A stretch of 64,000 nt of DNA, from positions 345,885 through 409,884 of the forward strand of contig NMRA01000410.1 in the NCBI GenBank assembly GCA_002633005.1, given 5' to 3'. A program made the position numbers and the translations under genes. This DNA comes from Phoronis australis (taxonomy: Eukaryota > Animalia > Phoronida). The notes below the pieces were generated by a model, which had not been told where the DNA came from, did no database searches, and worked only from the letters and a program-made list of their open reading frames with translations. How positions within the stretch are numbered: position 1 is the stretch's first letter; each line of letters opens with the position of its first letter. Below, piece by piece: positions 1-11,900 of this stretch.

Positions 1-951
1 ACAGTACGCTTTGATTTACAGCAACCCACTTACCAAAGTAAGTTTGGTTTCAACTTGTTCCTTACTCAGATGAGAAGTGCTTAATTTGTTGGACTTTGCT
101 GGGCAAATAAAATCATACACTATAAACCAGTCAACTTGTCTAGAGCCTCATCTCTACCAATAACAAACATTCCATTCCTTTCAAGAACAGACATAACATC
201 TATTCTCATTGCAATCAGAGGCCAAATGTTATGTTGTTTATCAATTCTCATGTCACATTGACGAATGTCTCCGTCCTCATTCTTGTGAACAGCGTTACAT
301 TTAAGACATGGTATGTTAATTGCCTCTCCCGACAGTTCTTCATGCATTTGCTGGGTGTGTCCATTCAAAATCATTTTTAAATCAACATGGTTGAAAAATA
401 ACTGGGAAATAGTAGTTGACAATGCCACCATTCGCTACGTGGAAAATGACACACTTAGGTTAGATTTTATAGTCTCTATCATTCAGTCATAAAAAACTGT
501 ACTAAATGAGCACCTCAAAGGTGTGTACCACATGCTAGCCGTGTTCTGTTAGGCTTGTGGGCTCCCTACCGTATGATACATTCAGACACACTCCCTGCTT
601 GCATGCCCTTTTACCTGCTGTCACTTGTTTATTTGGCTTCCACGTCCATTTCACCTACAGCCTTATAAAGAGACACGGGGTCTCAAAATATTGCAGCTAT
701 TTTAACGTTTGTCTGTTGTCTTTTGGTGTTGCTACAGCACTCCCAGAGATACGAGATTGTATGGAGACTACAAGCGAGTATACATAAGCTGTTTAGTTGT
801 GCCTTCAACCAAGTTCGTGTCAACGAAGGGCTGCTACTATTCTGATTAAGGAAAAATTTTGATCAACACATTTTGCTTTTTAATTTTATTCAGTTGGGGT
901 ATAAGCTCACAATGACAACAGATAACATGACAAATGTTGGATGGATTGGGT

Positions 952-1175
952 TGGTCCAATGATAACCATAAGTAATAATATTAAGATTCGCAGTATACTT
1001 TTACGATTTATTTTTCTTCAAGAAACTAATATGGCTGACACAACTACATACACTGTCGGATGGTCCAATGATGGCCATAAGAAATGTTAAGATCCGCAGT
1101 CTATGTTTATGATGTATTTTTCTTCAACAAAAGTTCAGTCACAAACTAACATGGCTGACACAACAATATACACTG
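952..1175. repeat. ~110-bp tandem duplication
   Basis: tggtccaatga...atggctgacacaac..tacactg occurs twice. Confidence 0.7.
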
Positions 1176-2853
1176 CCGCTACAGGCAGCACTAAACACTT
1201 CTGAAACAAATGATAATGAGGCGATGTTAACTGTATCTATGTACACGTATTGCAAGTTCATTTCCTAAGTCTTCATTCACGTCACTAAGTTAGCCATAAA
1301 AACTGAACTGTATACTTATGAATATCACAGCCCTCGATAACTGTAAGCTGATGGGACTTTAAAAACCCATATTGAAGATCCTTTTAATTATTTACAGAGG
1401 AATTACAGGACACAATATATTTCCCATAATTCTACCTCACACATGGATCAGGTGGCAAGGACATGGCAATATTCTTGTGATCAGATTGCAAATGGTCATT
1501 GCTCAACACATAGGTCTAAAATGATGTTCTAGATAAGTCTATTGAAAGATATTAACTACAGCTAGATCTGGTTGATAGTGTGACACAAAACAATGCCGTG
1601 TAAAAGTAGTTGATAAGTTTCAGGAATTCCTTACTAAGTATGCGGACTAGGTTAGCACAGCGAATGCTCTGCTTGAGTTCATTGACAGTTGTAAGGAAAG
1701 ACCGTCTCCCTCAAACCACAGGATACATTTTGTAACGCTATCATTTTGCAACCAACTTTTATTCAATCATATAATGACCTGCCACTGGATTAGTTTGGGT
1801 GAAATCACTAAAGTAGGACTCTGTGTCACTCTTAAAGCCTACTGACTGAAAGCTACTTGGTATATTTATGCTTATGTCCTAGTAGAACTTGATCGGACTT
1901 GCTAATTATGACACAATAGAGACAAAAAAATTAATTAAATGTCTAACAATGATTACTCTCAAAATTCAGTTCCTCCAATAGTCTAGAGAAGGCAAACTAC
2001 GTCATTGTGTTATAGTCAGAGCAGACAGAAAAGTACGAGTTGAGTTGTGTTCCTCAAGTGAAATTTTTTTTCCTTCCCTATCATCCAGACAAAGCAGTAA
2101 ACAGCATCAATGAAGTACACGTGGTTACATGAGTGAGGGAGAGATTTGTTGTTGTTAGGTGATGCAATACTAAGTTTAAGGCTATCAATTGTAATCCTCA
2201 CACCACTTGCCTAGCATGCTGAGGATTAACGCTTGCAACAGCATTTAGCATGCAAGCCAAGATCCTCTCAGTTCACTTGGCCCAAATGTGAGCACTAAGC
2301 TGAGCTCACTTGCATTCAAGATGCAGCTCCCTGTCTGCACTGGCCCTTACTATTAACACAGAATTCAGTTACAAATCAATAAGCAACCACATCAAGGGTA
2401 CAGTAAGGTTGCAAAGCTCTGCAGAGCACAGATCTCAGCACTGACCACTGAATAAAATGAGATATACAAAACATTATGTCATCTTGGATATAAATAGAGT
2501 AATTAAAAAATAAATCCCTAAATTTTCTTGAATATAAATATAATAGTAAAACTAATTTTCTAAAACAAACTTCTACACCCAATTTTTCCTTGTTTTTCGG
2601 GGCAACACCACCCTGTCCTGTGAAGTACAGGTGACTTCATACGGAATATCCCATATATAGGAAGACAGTAGTGTTAATCTCGTGACTTCAAATCCGAGAC
2701 CCTGTGTACATAATGATGATACACTAAACGTTTGACGTTAAGTGACAATTCTGTCAACCACCTGTGAAAATTGGTATTAAATATAGACATTCATCTTCCA
2801 CAATGCATGCCATCTCGCAGACACATCTTTGATGCATGACTTAGGAAAAAGTA

Positions 2854-2988
2854 CTAGACATCGGTGAGATTTACCCTAACTTTTTTGATTTCTTGTACAT
2901 TAGTAGTCCATCCAGATTTTTCCAGTGCTCTCACAACACTGGAGACTACATCTAAGTCAGTGTTTTTCTTCCACCAGCGTTTGAGACA
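2854..2988 (-). CDS. Death domain exon 3, terminal coding exon (CLKRWWKKN...VVRALEKSGWTTNVQEIKKVRVNLTDV*)
   Basis: L..W..+N......L..AL...G pattern of helices 4-6; acceptor ttatattttcag phase 0; stop TAG at 2854-2856. Confidence 0.85.
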   Translation of the reverse strand, partial: CLKRWWKKNTDLDVVSSVVRALEKSGWTTNVQEIKKVRVNLTDV

Positions 2989-5900
2989 CTGAAAATATAA
3001 TGCACACACAAAACTTGAGACACTGAAAAATAATATAAAACGCATCCGCAAAACCGTGAAATAGGTATACACAGACACAACTTGCATGGGTAGTATGGGC
3101 CAATGAAAATCAAAAAATTAAAAACTTTAAACGTATGGATAAATAACGCACAATTTTGTAAAGGCTTGAAATGGTGCCAGGTGGTGCTTATTAATTTCAT
3201 GCAACACAATGTAGTCCTTTATAATTGGGCACCACGGGAAGCTACAATAATTCACGGCTGGGAATGACCCGAATGACAAAAAAGAATTTTTTCCAGGTGA
3301 TGTATCATTCTACAAATACATAGGTTTGTGTGATAGAAATATTTTTTGTGTCGTAAAATTTAACAGAAATAAACGTTTTTGCATGTCTGAATTTGAATAA
3401 AGTCAAAATAATGATAAGAAAGAGACGAAATAAGGGAAACTGGAAATCAAATAAGAGGAAATCGAAACCAAAAAAATGGGAAATCCTCTTAAAAGCGGAA
3501 AATTCCAAGCCCTGATGCTCTGATATTTAGAATTGACAGACGCTGCATTTTTGTACATTGCACTTATGTCAAAAATTTCCTTTTTTAAATTGCTGGGTGG
3601 ATTCCAAATTTTGAGAATCTAAAAACGAAAAGAACCACTTTGAGAAAATTGTCTTGTGATAGTACTGTCCTTCATAAAAACCAATCTGCAAAATTTCACA
3701 AAGACCAAACAAGTTGGTAACCAGGAGCACTCTTATTTTATTGCACAATATTTGTACCTGGCAAAAATGAAAAAGTTCAACCCATGTTTGAACCTAAAGC
3801 TACAGCTGAGCCCCATTTTTATACCTATTTAAAGAGGATTTGAAACACGATCCATCTTCAGACCTAAAGTCAACTAAAATCATACCCTATCCCCCTCTCT
3901 AGTCACTATTTAGAATCACGCTAGTACTCATGCCCTGTAGATAATTACGGTACCAAAACTTATGACAAGCAAACAGCGATATCCCAACCCCGCATTTTTA
4001 CACCAGTCCTATTTGGTACTCCAAATTTATACTAAAATGGAGAAAAGCAAACCAAATCTGTGCCCAAAAATGAAAAATGGCACCCGTCTCCGTTAGCAGC
4101 ATTGTCCTCACTATCCATGCTACGTTAAGTCCCACAAACGTGCTTTGTAGTTAAAAGAATAAGGAAAAACTTGCAAATTTCATACGAAGAATTCCCATTT
4201 TGGAAATTAAACGATCTTTGTGAAATGTTGAGATTTTTGAGAAAAAGATAGATTCAGTGATCATGGATTATAAAACTATACAGTTTTAACGGTGTAATAT
4301 AAATAGTACTTAAAAGTTCTTTAGAAAATTTTATTCTTAGTAATAAAGATCTCCTATTCCATATTAAATAAAATGTCTAAATTTGGCTAAATTCAGAAAA
4401 TATCAAATCTTAGAAAAAGTTGATCAGATTCATACGAAACTTTCAGATATTGTGCTTTATGTGAAAAGCTTTTAGAAATGGTTCTTATAATGCCACACTT
4501 TTTCACGAAAAAAAATCTAAACTTCCATGAAACAAAAATTAAACAGTGTAAAAAAAACCCTGTAACTGAGCGTTTTTAAGATCTCATTTACATCGATCAA
4601 ATAATCTTCGATGATTTTATCGATACCATTGTTTTGCTATCAATGTAATTTTCTTTTTTTGTTAAAATTTACTGAAAATTAACTTCAACATGATCATGTG
4701 AATCAATAGACGGGAGATTGGTAAAAAGTCAAAAATCCAATTTCGCAGCATTTCTACATTCTGAAGTCTTAAAATCTATAGTTTTGTAAATATCTGGCTT
4801 AGTGCGCATACTTGTCAATAAGGTCCTACATAACCGTAAGATAATTTTTACCTCATATTTCACTTCATTTATTCCCTGAAGATAGAAGTCATACTCAATA
4901 TTTCTGATATTGGGGTCCGTTAATTCCTCTCCTACAAGGCAATACACACATAAATATCAGACCAAAGGCAATGTAAATTACAATCATGTTACAGTCTTGT
5001 GGACAACTAATGAACATTAATTAACAAGGTTTTAAACTAAAAGCTAGACAAGTTGTGGCGCTGCCATAACAGTTAGTGGCCTAAATTTAAGGACGAATTT
5101 TTTGAGAGAAAGTGGGCAACTTCTTTAACTAGGTCATACTTCAAATCACGAGGTCAGTGCTCATAAGTAAAACATTTCATTAGTAAGCACAATAGCCTAA
5201 GGTCATCCATTACCTGGAGTTCAAAATTCGTCCTTAAACTGGAAAAGTTACCTGGTGCATTTGCCGTCACAAGTAGTGTGTGTTTATAACGAGTGATCGG
5301 GGAATCCTGCACTGTTTAGATTGGTATCAGTTTAATGGTATTGTTAATTATGCCCAATTTCTGGAACACACCACCAAAACAAAAAAAGCCAAAAGCAAAT
5401 AAAAGCTTATTACCACTTATCTATTAGATATTTGCTCGAGTTTATTTGCTCAACCTGTCGGACAGCCAGGTCGTATAGGGCTCAAGGCCCACCAATTCTG
5501 GATCAAGTGATCACGGCGTTATTTTGCACACCACCAGCACCGAAAAACGATTGACCTCATTGTCATTATTTTGTGGTCATCACTTTGTTAATTAACGTCC
5601 ACTGTTGACTTTGATAGCATTTGCGTGCCTTGTAAAAATCAAACAATCATGTTCTCCTTTGCTAGCTAATGATAAACTGATAAACACTCTGCTTATGTCA
5701 TCAAGTGCTCCAGTGGCAGGATTGAAACTGAGATAGAGAAAAAGGTGATTCAGCTGTATACAAGCCAGTCAGGCATTACAGAATTTCAAGATACGATGAA
5801 TAAGAATCTGTAAGCCAACTGAGGCAGAGAGATAACTACACATACTTGACAAAACACTAACCCCCCCTCGGCCTTATACTTTGATTGGTGCTGTTATTTT

Positions 5901-8900
5901 GCCATGTCACTAAGTGTGGAACGTCTTTTCCTATTTCCACAACAAGAGAGTTCACCTCAGCATAGCACCGGGGTTAAGTCCGTTGGTGATGTTGCATGTA
6001 GAAAGACATCATCTTATTCAAGTAATACAGTTTTTAACAACTTGGAGATTATCACTCATGCCACGGTGAAAGATGATTCCCGTCGCTTGCCTCCAGCGAA
6101 TCACACAAACATGAATCTTGAAAAAGGCAACACTGGCTGACAAAATGTTTTATATTCTCAAGTAAGTGCAGTAAAGAATAGTTTTTGTGCAACACACAAT
6201 ACCGCAAAAGGTAAGATATTAAATTCAGATCAGTCTCTCACAACTGATCTTACTATGCATTCCAAAATTTTGCTAAGAAAAAGGGCAATTTTACTGGAGG
6301 GAGAACATCTGACACTTCCATTTCAAATGGCCTGTTGCATGAGTTCCTAAAATTTACTAGGTCAACTTCTGGCCAAGGAAAAAATATTCCGTCAAAAATC
6401 AGAAAAATTGTACAACTAACTGTAGTCACATACCTGGTAACTTCCTCATAACTTCTTTCCAATTATGAGGGTGAAGAATGCTAGCCACCTTGTAAAAGAA
6501 TTCTCGCAGTGACATTTCTGAAAAAAGGGATTAATCATAAGCTTGTATGTTGCAAATCCTGAATGTAAATCTCTTACCTTAAATTTCCTTGTTATTGGTT
6601 TCTTGAGAATTAATCATGAGCAATTGTGACATGTATTGCTATTAGGGACGTTTAACGATAACGATAATGCTGCATGTCAAAACACAGCAAAAAGATCTTC
6701 ACAGCTCTCTTGCAACATCTCCCAGGAGGTGCATAAAGCATACCTTGTTCAAGAGGCTCTTGCTCCATAGTCTCGTGATCAGGCGCCACGCTGCGTCCTC
6801 CTTTACAGGATGAAGACTTACTTGCTGCAGTGACTAGAAGATGGAAGCAAAACATTCAAACTGAGATATAACATTGTGTCAACAGGCAATGCACCTGTAG
6901 ACATGCCGGAATCTAGAACCTTAGCATCCTCTAGCTGAAAGTCAGAGCTGGTGTCGCCATCATTAATACCTAGAGAAACCACGTCAAACTGAATGGCATT
7001 TGAAGTTATTAATAAGTGCTCATGCACCGTGGGGTGAAAATCACGTTCTATAACCGTAGCATGGAAGGATATGTAAAACACATTGAGTGACTGACTTGGG
7101 GTTTAGGTGGTGAGGAAGACGGGCTGATTCCACAAAACCTCAGGTTTTACAACTGGACATTAAGTGTCATGAAAATTAAGCTGCAGTCAACACACGGCAA
7201 TATGAAGCGTTACACATTCATTCAATGTGAGATTGAGTATTTGCAAGTAGGTTCCAAACAATAAACGCTCCTCTATTTAAAACCTGAACAGCTAGAGAGC
7301 AGCAACCAATTCATTAGTATGGAGGCGTCTCTAAGTTAAGGCGCTCATGTGACTACCAGATTGCTTGTATTGCTACCGCTAAAACCACTGTCACACTAGC
7401 GCCACCTAGTCAATGTTAAATCACCCATTAATTGCTCTAATAATGCTTTTTAAAGTACTGAGTGCACTGACAGTTAAATATTCACAACAGAAATATACTG
7501 ACCAATTATGCCAGGAGCAGATTAACTATGTTCTATGAGTTTTATTTAACTTGCTGTTCTACTTGTTTACTAGCAGAGAGCATTTGATTGATATGACACA
7601 TAAGGTCAGGCCAGTGATGGTGTGATTTGTTTACAACAGAATACTAGAGAACACTTCAGTAGATTCCATCATATAAGTGAATAAAATAGAACCATAGGCT
7701 GGAGCATTCTAAAGCCTCTAGAATACAGTGTGTAAAATGATTGGGTAGATTCCAGTAAGTTATAGAATGCGCTTGAATCGGTAAAAAATTCAAGAAGATA
7801 TTATAAATAAACCCAAGGACAGTAAGAGTGAATCAGCCGAGTTGAGTTGAATTGAGTTAAAGTTAGACAGCCAGCTATAGAGATAAATTATTCAAGTATT
7901 AAATTATTTTATGTAAGCTATACTGCTTCGTTCTCATTATCATATTGTTTGGATTCTCGGGTCAGTGACCCTCTTTGTTCTACGATTATTGGTTTAATTG
8001 TACCACGTGATCTCTTTGTCTCGTCGCAACACTGGGCCATCGTCCACAATTCTCTCCAAATTTCAGTTTGCACTCAATTTCTCTTTCCCTCTCTCTCCCT
8101 CAAACCAATTTTCCTAACTTCCCTGTTTATCCTTACCTTCCCCATGTCGCTGTCCCGGTGTTGCTGTTATGCTTCCGCATATTATTACTTAACTTTCTAT
8201 TCACCACTTACCTTCATTGCTGCTTGGCAGATTGTCACCCACCTTAACAGTTCAACATATTATACAACTTTTGTAATTACCGAAATCTGTAGTAGTATAG
8301 TTTGTCATAATATATATGAGTCCTTTTATCTCATCTACATGTGTTGTTTCACTGTAAACTAGCTTCGGTATCGCTTCGCAGTTAGCGCATATAAATACGA
8401 TTATTGAATCAACCAGTGTAACAGTTGCTGGAAGTGACTCAGGAATTCATCACAATTCAATGCTTTCCAGCACTGACTCATGCCATGAGGATAGTGTTTA
8501 CAAGCCTTTCTACACCAAGGATATCCTAGGCGAGGTGCCTCACACCAGCCATGCAGCAAGTCGAGCATATTTATAAAGGCATGCCCAAGTTAAGTGAGCG
8601 TGTAAATCTTTGTTAGAAAGTACTGCGTCTGTAATTAGTGCCATCAGATTAGGTTTATTGCATTGGGAACACAATAATGGTAATGTGCTGTCTGCAAGTG
8701 ATATGGTTGAGTGGGGTGTAATTTGTAAAGTTTTCACAACTTATAAGTCATCTGGAGTATAGAACAGACAATATACTGACACACCCAGATTTAATAAACA
8801 GGACATTCGAAAACAACTTCCGTGCAGATGATATTCCTCCTCCAGACCAGAAAGACTTTCTTGTTAACAGACTTATTATATTATATTACATTTTCGAACA

Positions 8901-11900
8901 CAACTAGTGGAGAGTAGCCAATCTCGTTCCTGGCCATCAGCAAGTATTACTCTCATACTTACTGGCGTTAATACGTATAATGCTATTAAAATCTCTTACC
9001 TTCAATTTTGTTGTTTTTGTTAACTTGACACTTAATTCACAAGTAATTGTGGCATGTATTGTTATTATTAGCAATGACGTTTAAGAATGACAACGTCGTA
9101 GCATATCAAAACACAGCAAAAAGTTTTTAATGCATCTCTTACGACGTCCACCTGGGCCCAGTTGCATAAAAGTTATACGCCGTATAGCAACAGTGACGTC
9201 GCATTATCATGCGTCACATTGTTCTTGTTGAACAGTTCACCTGACGTCATGCAACAATCAAACTTATCCAGCGGATAACTTTTGAAGCATTATGCAACTC
9301 AGCCCTGGAGGTACAAGAGACTTAAGTTTATACCTTGTTTAAGAGATTCTTGAACCGTAGTCCCGAGATCCAACACCACGCTATTTTCATTGGATGAAAA
9401 AGTCACGACAGTGTCTGGAAGACAGAGGCAAAAACAATCAAATAGAGACATAACACCGTGTTAACAGGCAATGAATGTATTACTTGTTAACTTACTAAAT
9501 TTGAAAAAGGGGCTGGCTTGACAATCATTAGATTCCACAGAACCTTGAACTTGGAAAGGTACTACAGAAATATGATGGTACTAAACACATCTACCACAAA
9601 AACATATAATTCAATCACATTCACGCGACAATTTAAATGTGGCAATAAAACAACGACGTTCTCAGTTTGTAGTTACAACATGCTATTATTTAGAATGAAC
9701 TTTTATTGCCAACGTGAAAATTTGACTAAAAAATTAAATCTCAGGCTCCCCTTGGTATTCACGACATAAATTGACATTAATTTGATTCAACCCAACTCCT
9801 GAAAAATCTTGCATCATGCAAATTTGGCCACCAACAAATCTTAAAAATTTTGGGCACAGCATTTGCATCCACTGAACACAAAGCCATTGACATACCTCAA
9901 AAAGTTTGGATACACCCATTTTCATTTCATTGAACCCATGCGCATGCCCTCCAACCATAAATGCCAGAATGGAGTTAATCAGTCGTGTAAGATATTGGCT
10001 ACGGGGGTAAACTTCCCAACTTGTTGTTGAGCTATAGAATCAAACAAGTTGGGAGCAACGGGATGTCGCCGTCATGATGATCAGCAAACGTAGTCAAAAT
10101 GACACGGAATCAGAGCCAAAACTAACATTTATTTACTAACGGCTTCCAAATGATTACACTGGCAATATAAAAATTTTAAGTCTGGAGTAATTTTCATTTC
10201 ACTATAACCACGAACAATCTTCGAAAGTTTGGGTACATCCAAATTCATTTCACTCTGCCAAAGACCTCTGACATATCTTAGAAAGTTTGGATACACCCAC
10301 TTTAATTTAACTGTACCCAAAACCAGTGACAAGTCTTAGAAACTTTGGATATACCTATTTTCATTTCACTGAATGCAAGGCCACTGACAATCTTGGAAAG
10401 TTTGGGAACGCCCATTTCCATTTCAATGTACCCAAGACCTGGGGCATTCTAAAGCCTAGTACATTGTGTGGAAAATAATTGGTTAGATTCCGAAAAGTTA
10501 TGGAATAAGCGTAAATTGGTGAAAAATTCAAGAACATGGTGAGAGATTATAAATATACTCAGGCGCAGGTAAGTGTGAGTCAGTTGAGTTGAGCCGGTTG
10601 AGTTAAGTTACAGTTGAGTTCCACTTCCAGAATCAGCTGTTATGCAATTAGTCAATAGAGAGCCAGCTAAAGAGACATCAGGTTATTGATCAGAATCAAC
10701 GAGTGTAACAGTTGCTAGAAGCGGCTCAAAAATTTCATCCCAAAACAACGCATTGCAGCACTGACTCATGCCATGAAAATAGTGCTTACAGACCTTGCTA
10801 CACCAAGACTAGCCTAAGGGAGGTGCCTTATCCCAGCCAAGCAGCAAGTCAAGCCTATTCACAAAAACATGCCCGAGTTAACTGAGTGAGTAAATCTTTG
10901 TTAGAATGTACTGGGCCTGTAATTAGTTCCACCAGATTGGGTTTGCTGCATTGGAAACACAAGTGATATAATGGTAATGTGCTATCTGCAAGTGATCTGG
11001 GTGAGTGGGGTGTAATTTGTAAAATGCAACTTCCAAGTCACTTGGAGCATAGAACAGACATTACATTGGATGTTTTGTATGGGTAGACTTGTGGACATAT
11101 GGTTGAGATTATACTTGCACTCGTCTTCAGTCTATCTTCGCATCGAAAGCTATTAGCACTGATCAGTGACAACCGCATGCACCCACCCATCCACAGGGTA
11201 AAACGCGACAACAGTAAAGAAAAGAAAAACAAACATCTTGCCAATGGTTTGATATGAACCCAAATCAATAAAATAATACTAAATAATGTCACAAAGACTC
11301 CATGGGAACGCATTTGCTAACTTTCAGGTAAATTATATTCTCATATCCTATCAGGTCAGATTAACCGACTTATATTTTTATTTTGTAATGGCTGTTTATG
11401 CTCAAAGCATTGAACACAGCAAATCTTTAGGATATCATTATAATAACACTTCTATGTCGTACAATAGCTTTGTCAAGCTACCTGAGCTAGCCCAATACCA
11501 GACTGTCAGCTACACCCCTTTGAGTGCTTTAAAGGGATGACTGCAACAACTCAAGGGTGCAGTCGTTTGGTTGTAGTTCAATTTCCATTATAGTAACAGT
11601 TGTTTGTACCTTTCTGCAGTGCTTGTTTGGTGAAGAGTGGCGTAGTGATTCACTACATCCATGGTAAATTTTCTGCTGCTCAGTTGGTTTACCACCACTG
11701 ACATACTGAATAAAACGGAGCGATGGCCAGATTCACTAAAAATTGGTTAGTACTTCTGACACAATTACTGAGGAATAGGTACCTGTATTGCTGGGCTCCC
11801 CATCAAGCAGCTGATCTGTGGAATGAACGTAAGCATCGTTTGAACTGCTGAGGCGAGACCTACAAGCAGCTGAAAGAAATAAAGAATGATTATTGTTTCC

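Noticed and set aside
120-431. 103-aa ORF on the minus strand with a CxxC and an upstream AG
   Set aside because: No recognisable family or linked exons; it could be an exon of a neighbouring gene but cannot be supported here.
5590-6140. Acceptor-like sites at ~5727 and ~6116 on the minus strand
   Set aside because: They hit stops or lack donors, and death-domain exons 1 and 2 already join correctly without them.
7620-8425. Possible solo LTR (similar segment at ~10447-10710)
   Set aside because: It has a TATA-like sequence and a ...TAACA end, but I could not define a 5' boundary or TSD.
11610-11707. Additional candidate receptor exon (YVSGGKPTEQQ...ALQK)
   Set aside because: The acceptor phase does not match the best donor of the preceding exon; it would need an alternative donor, so it was left out of the model.
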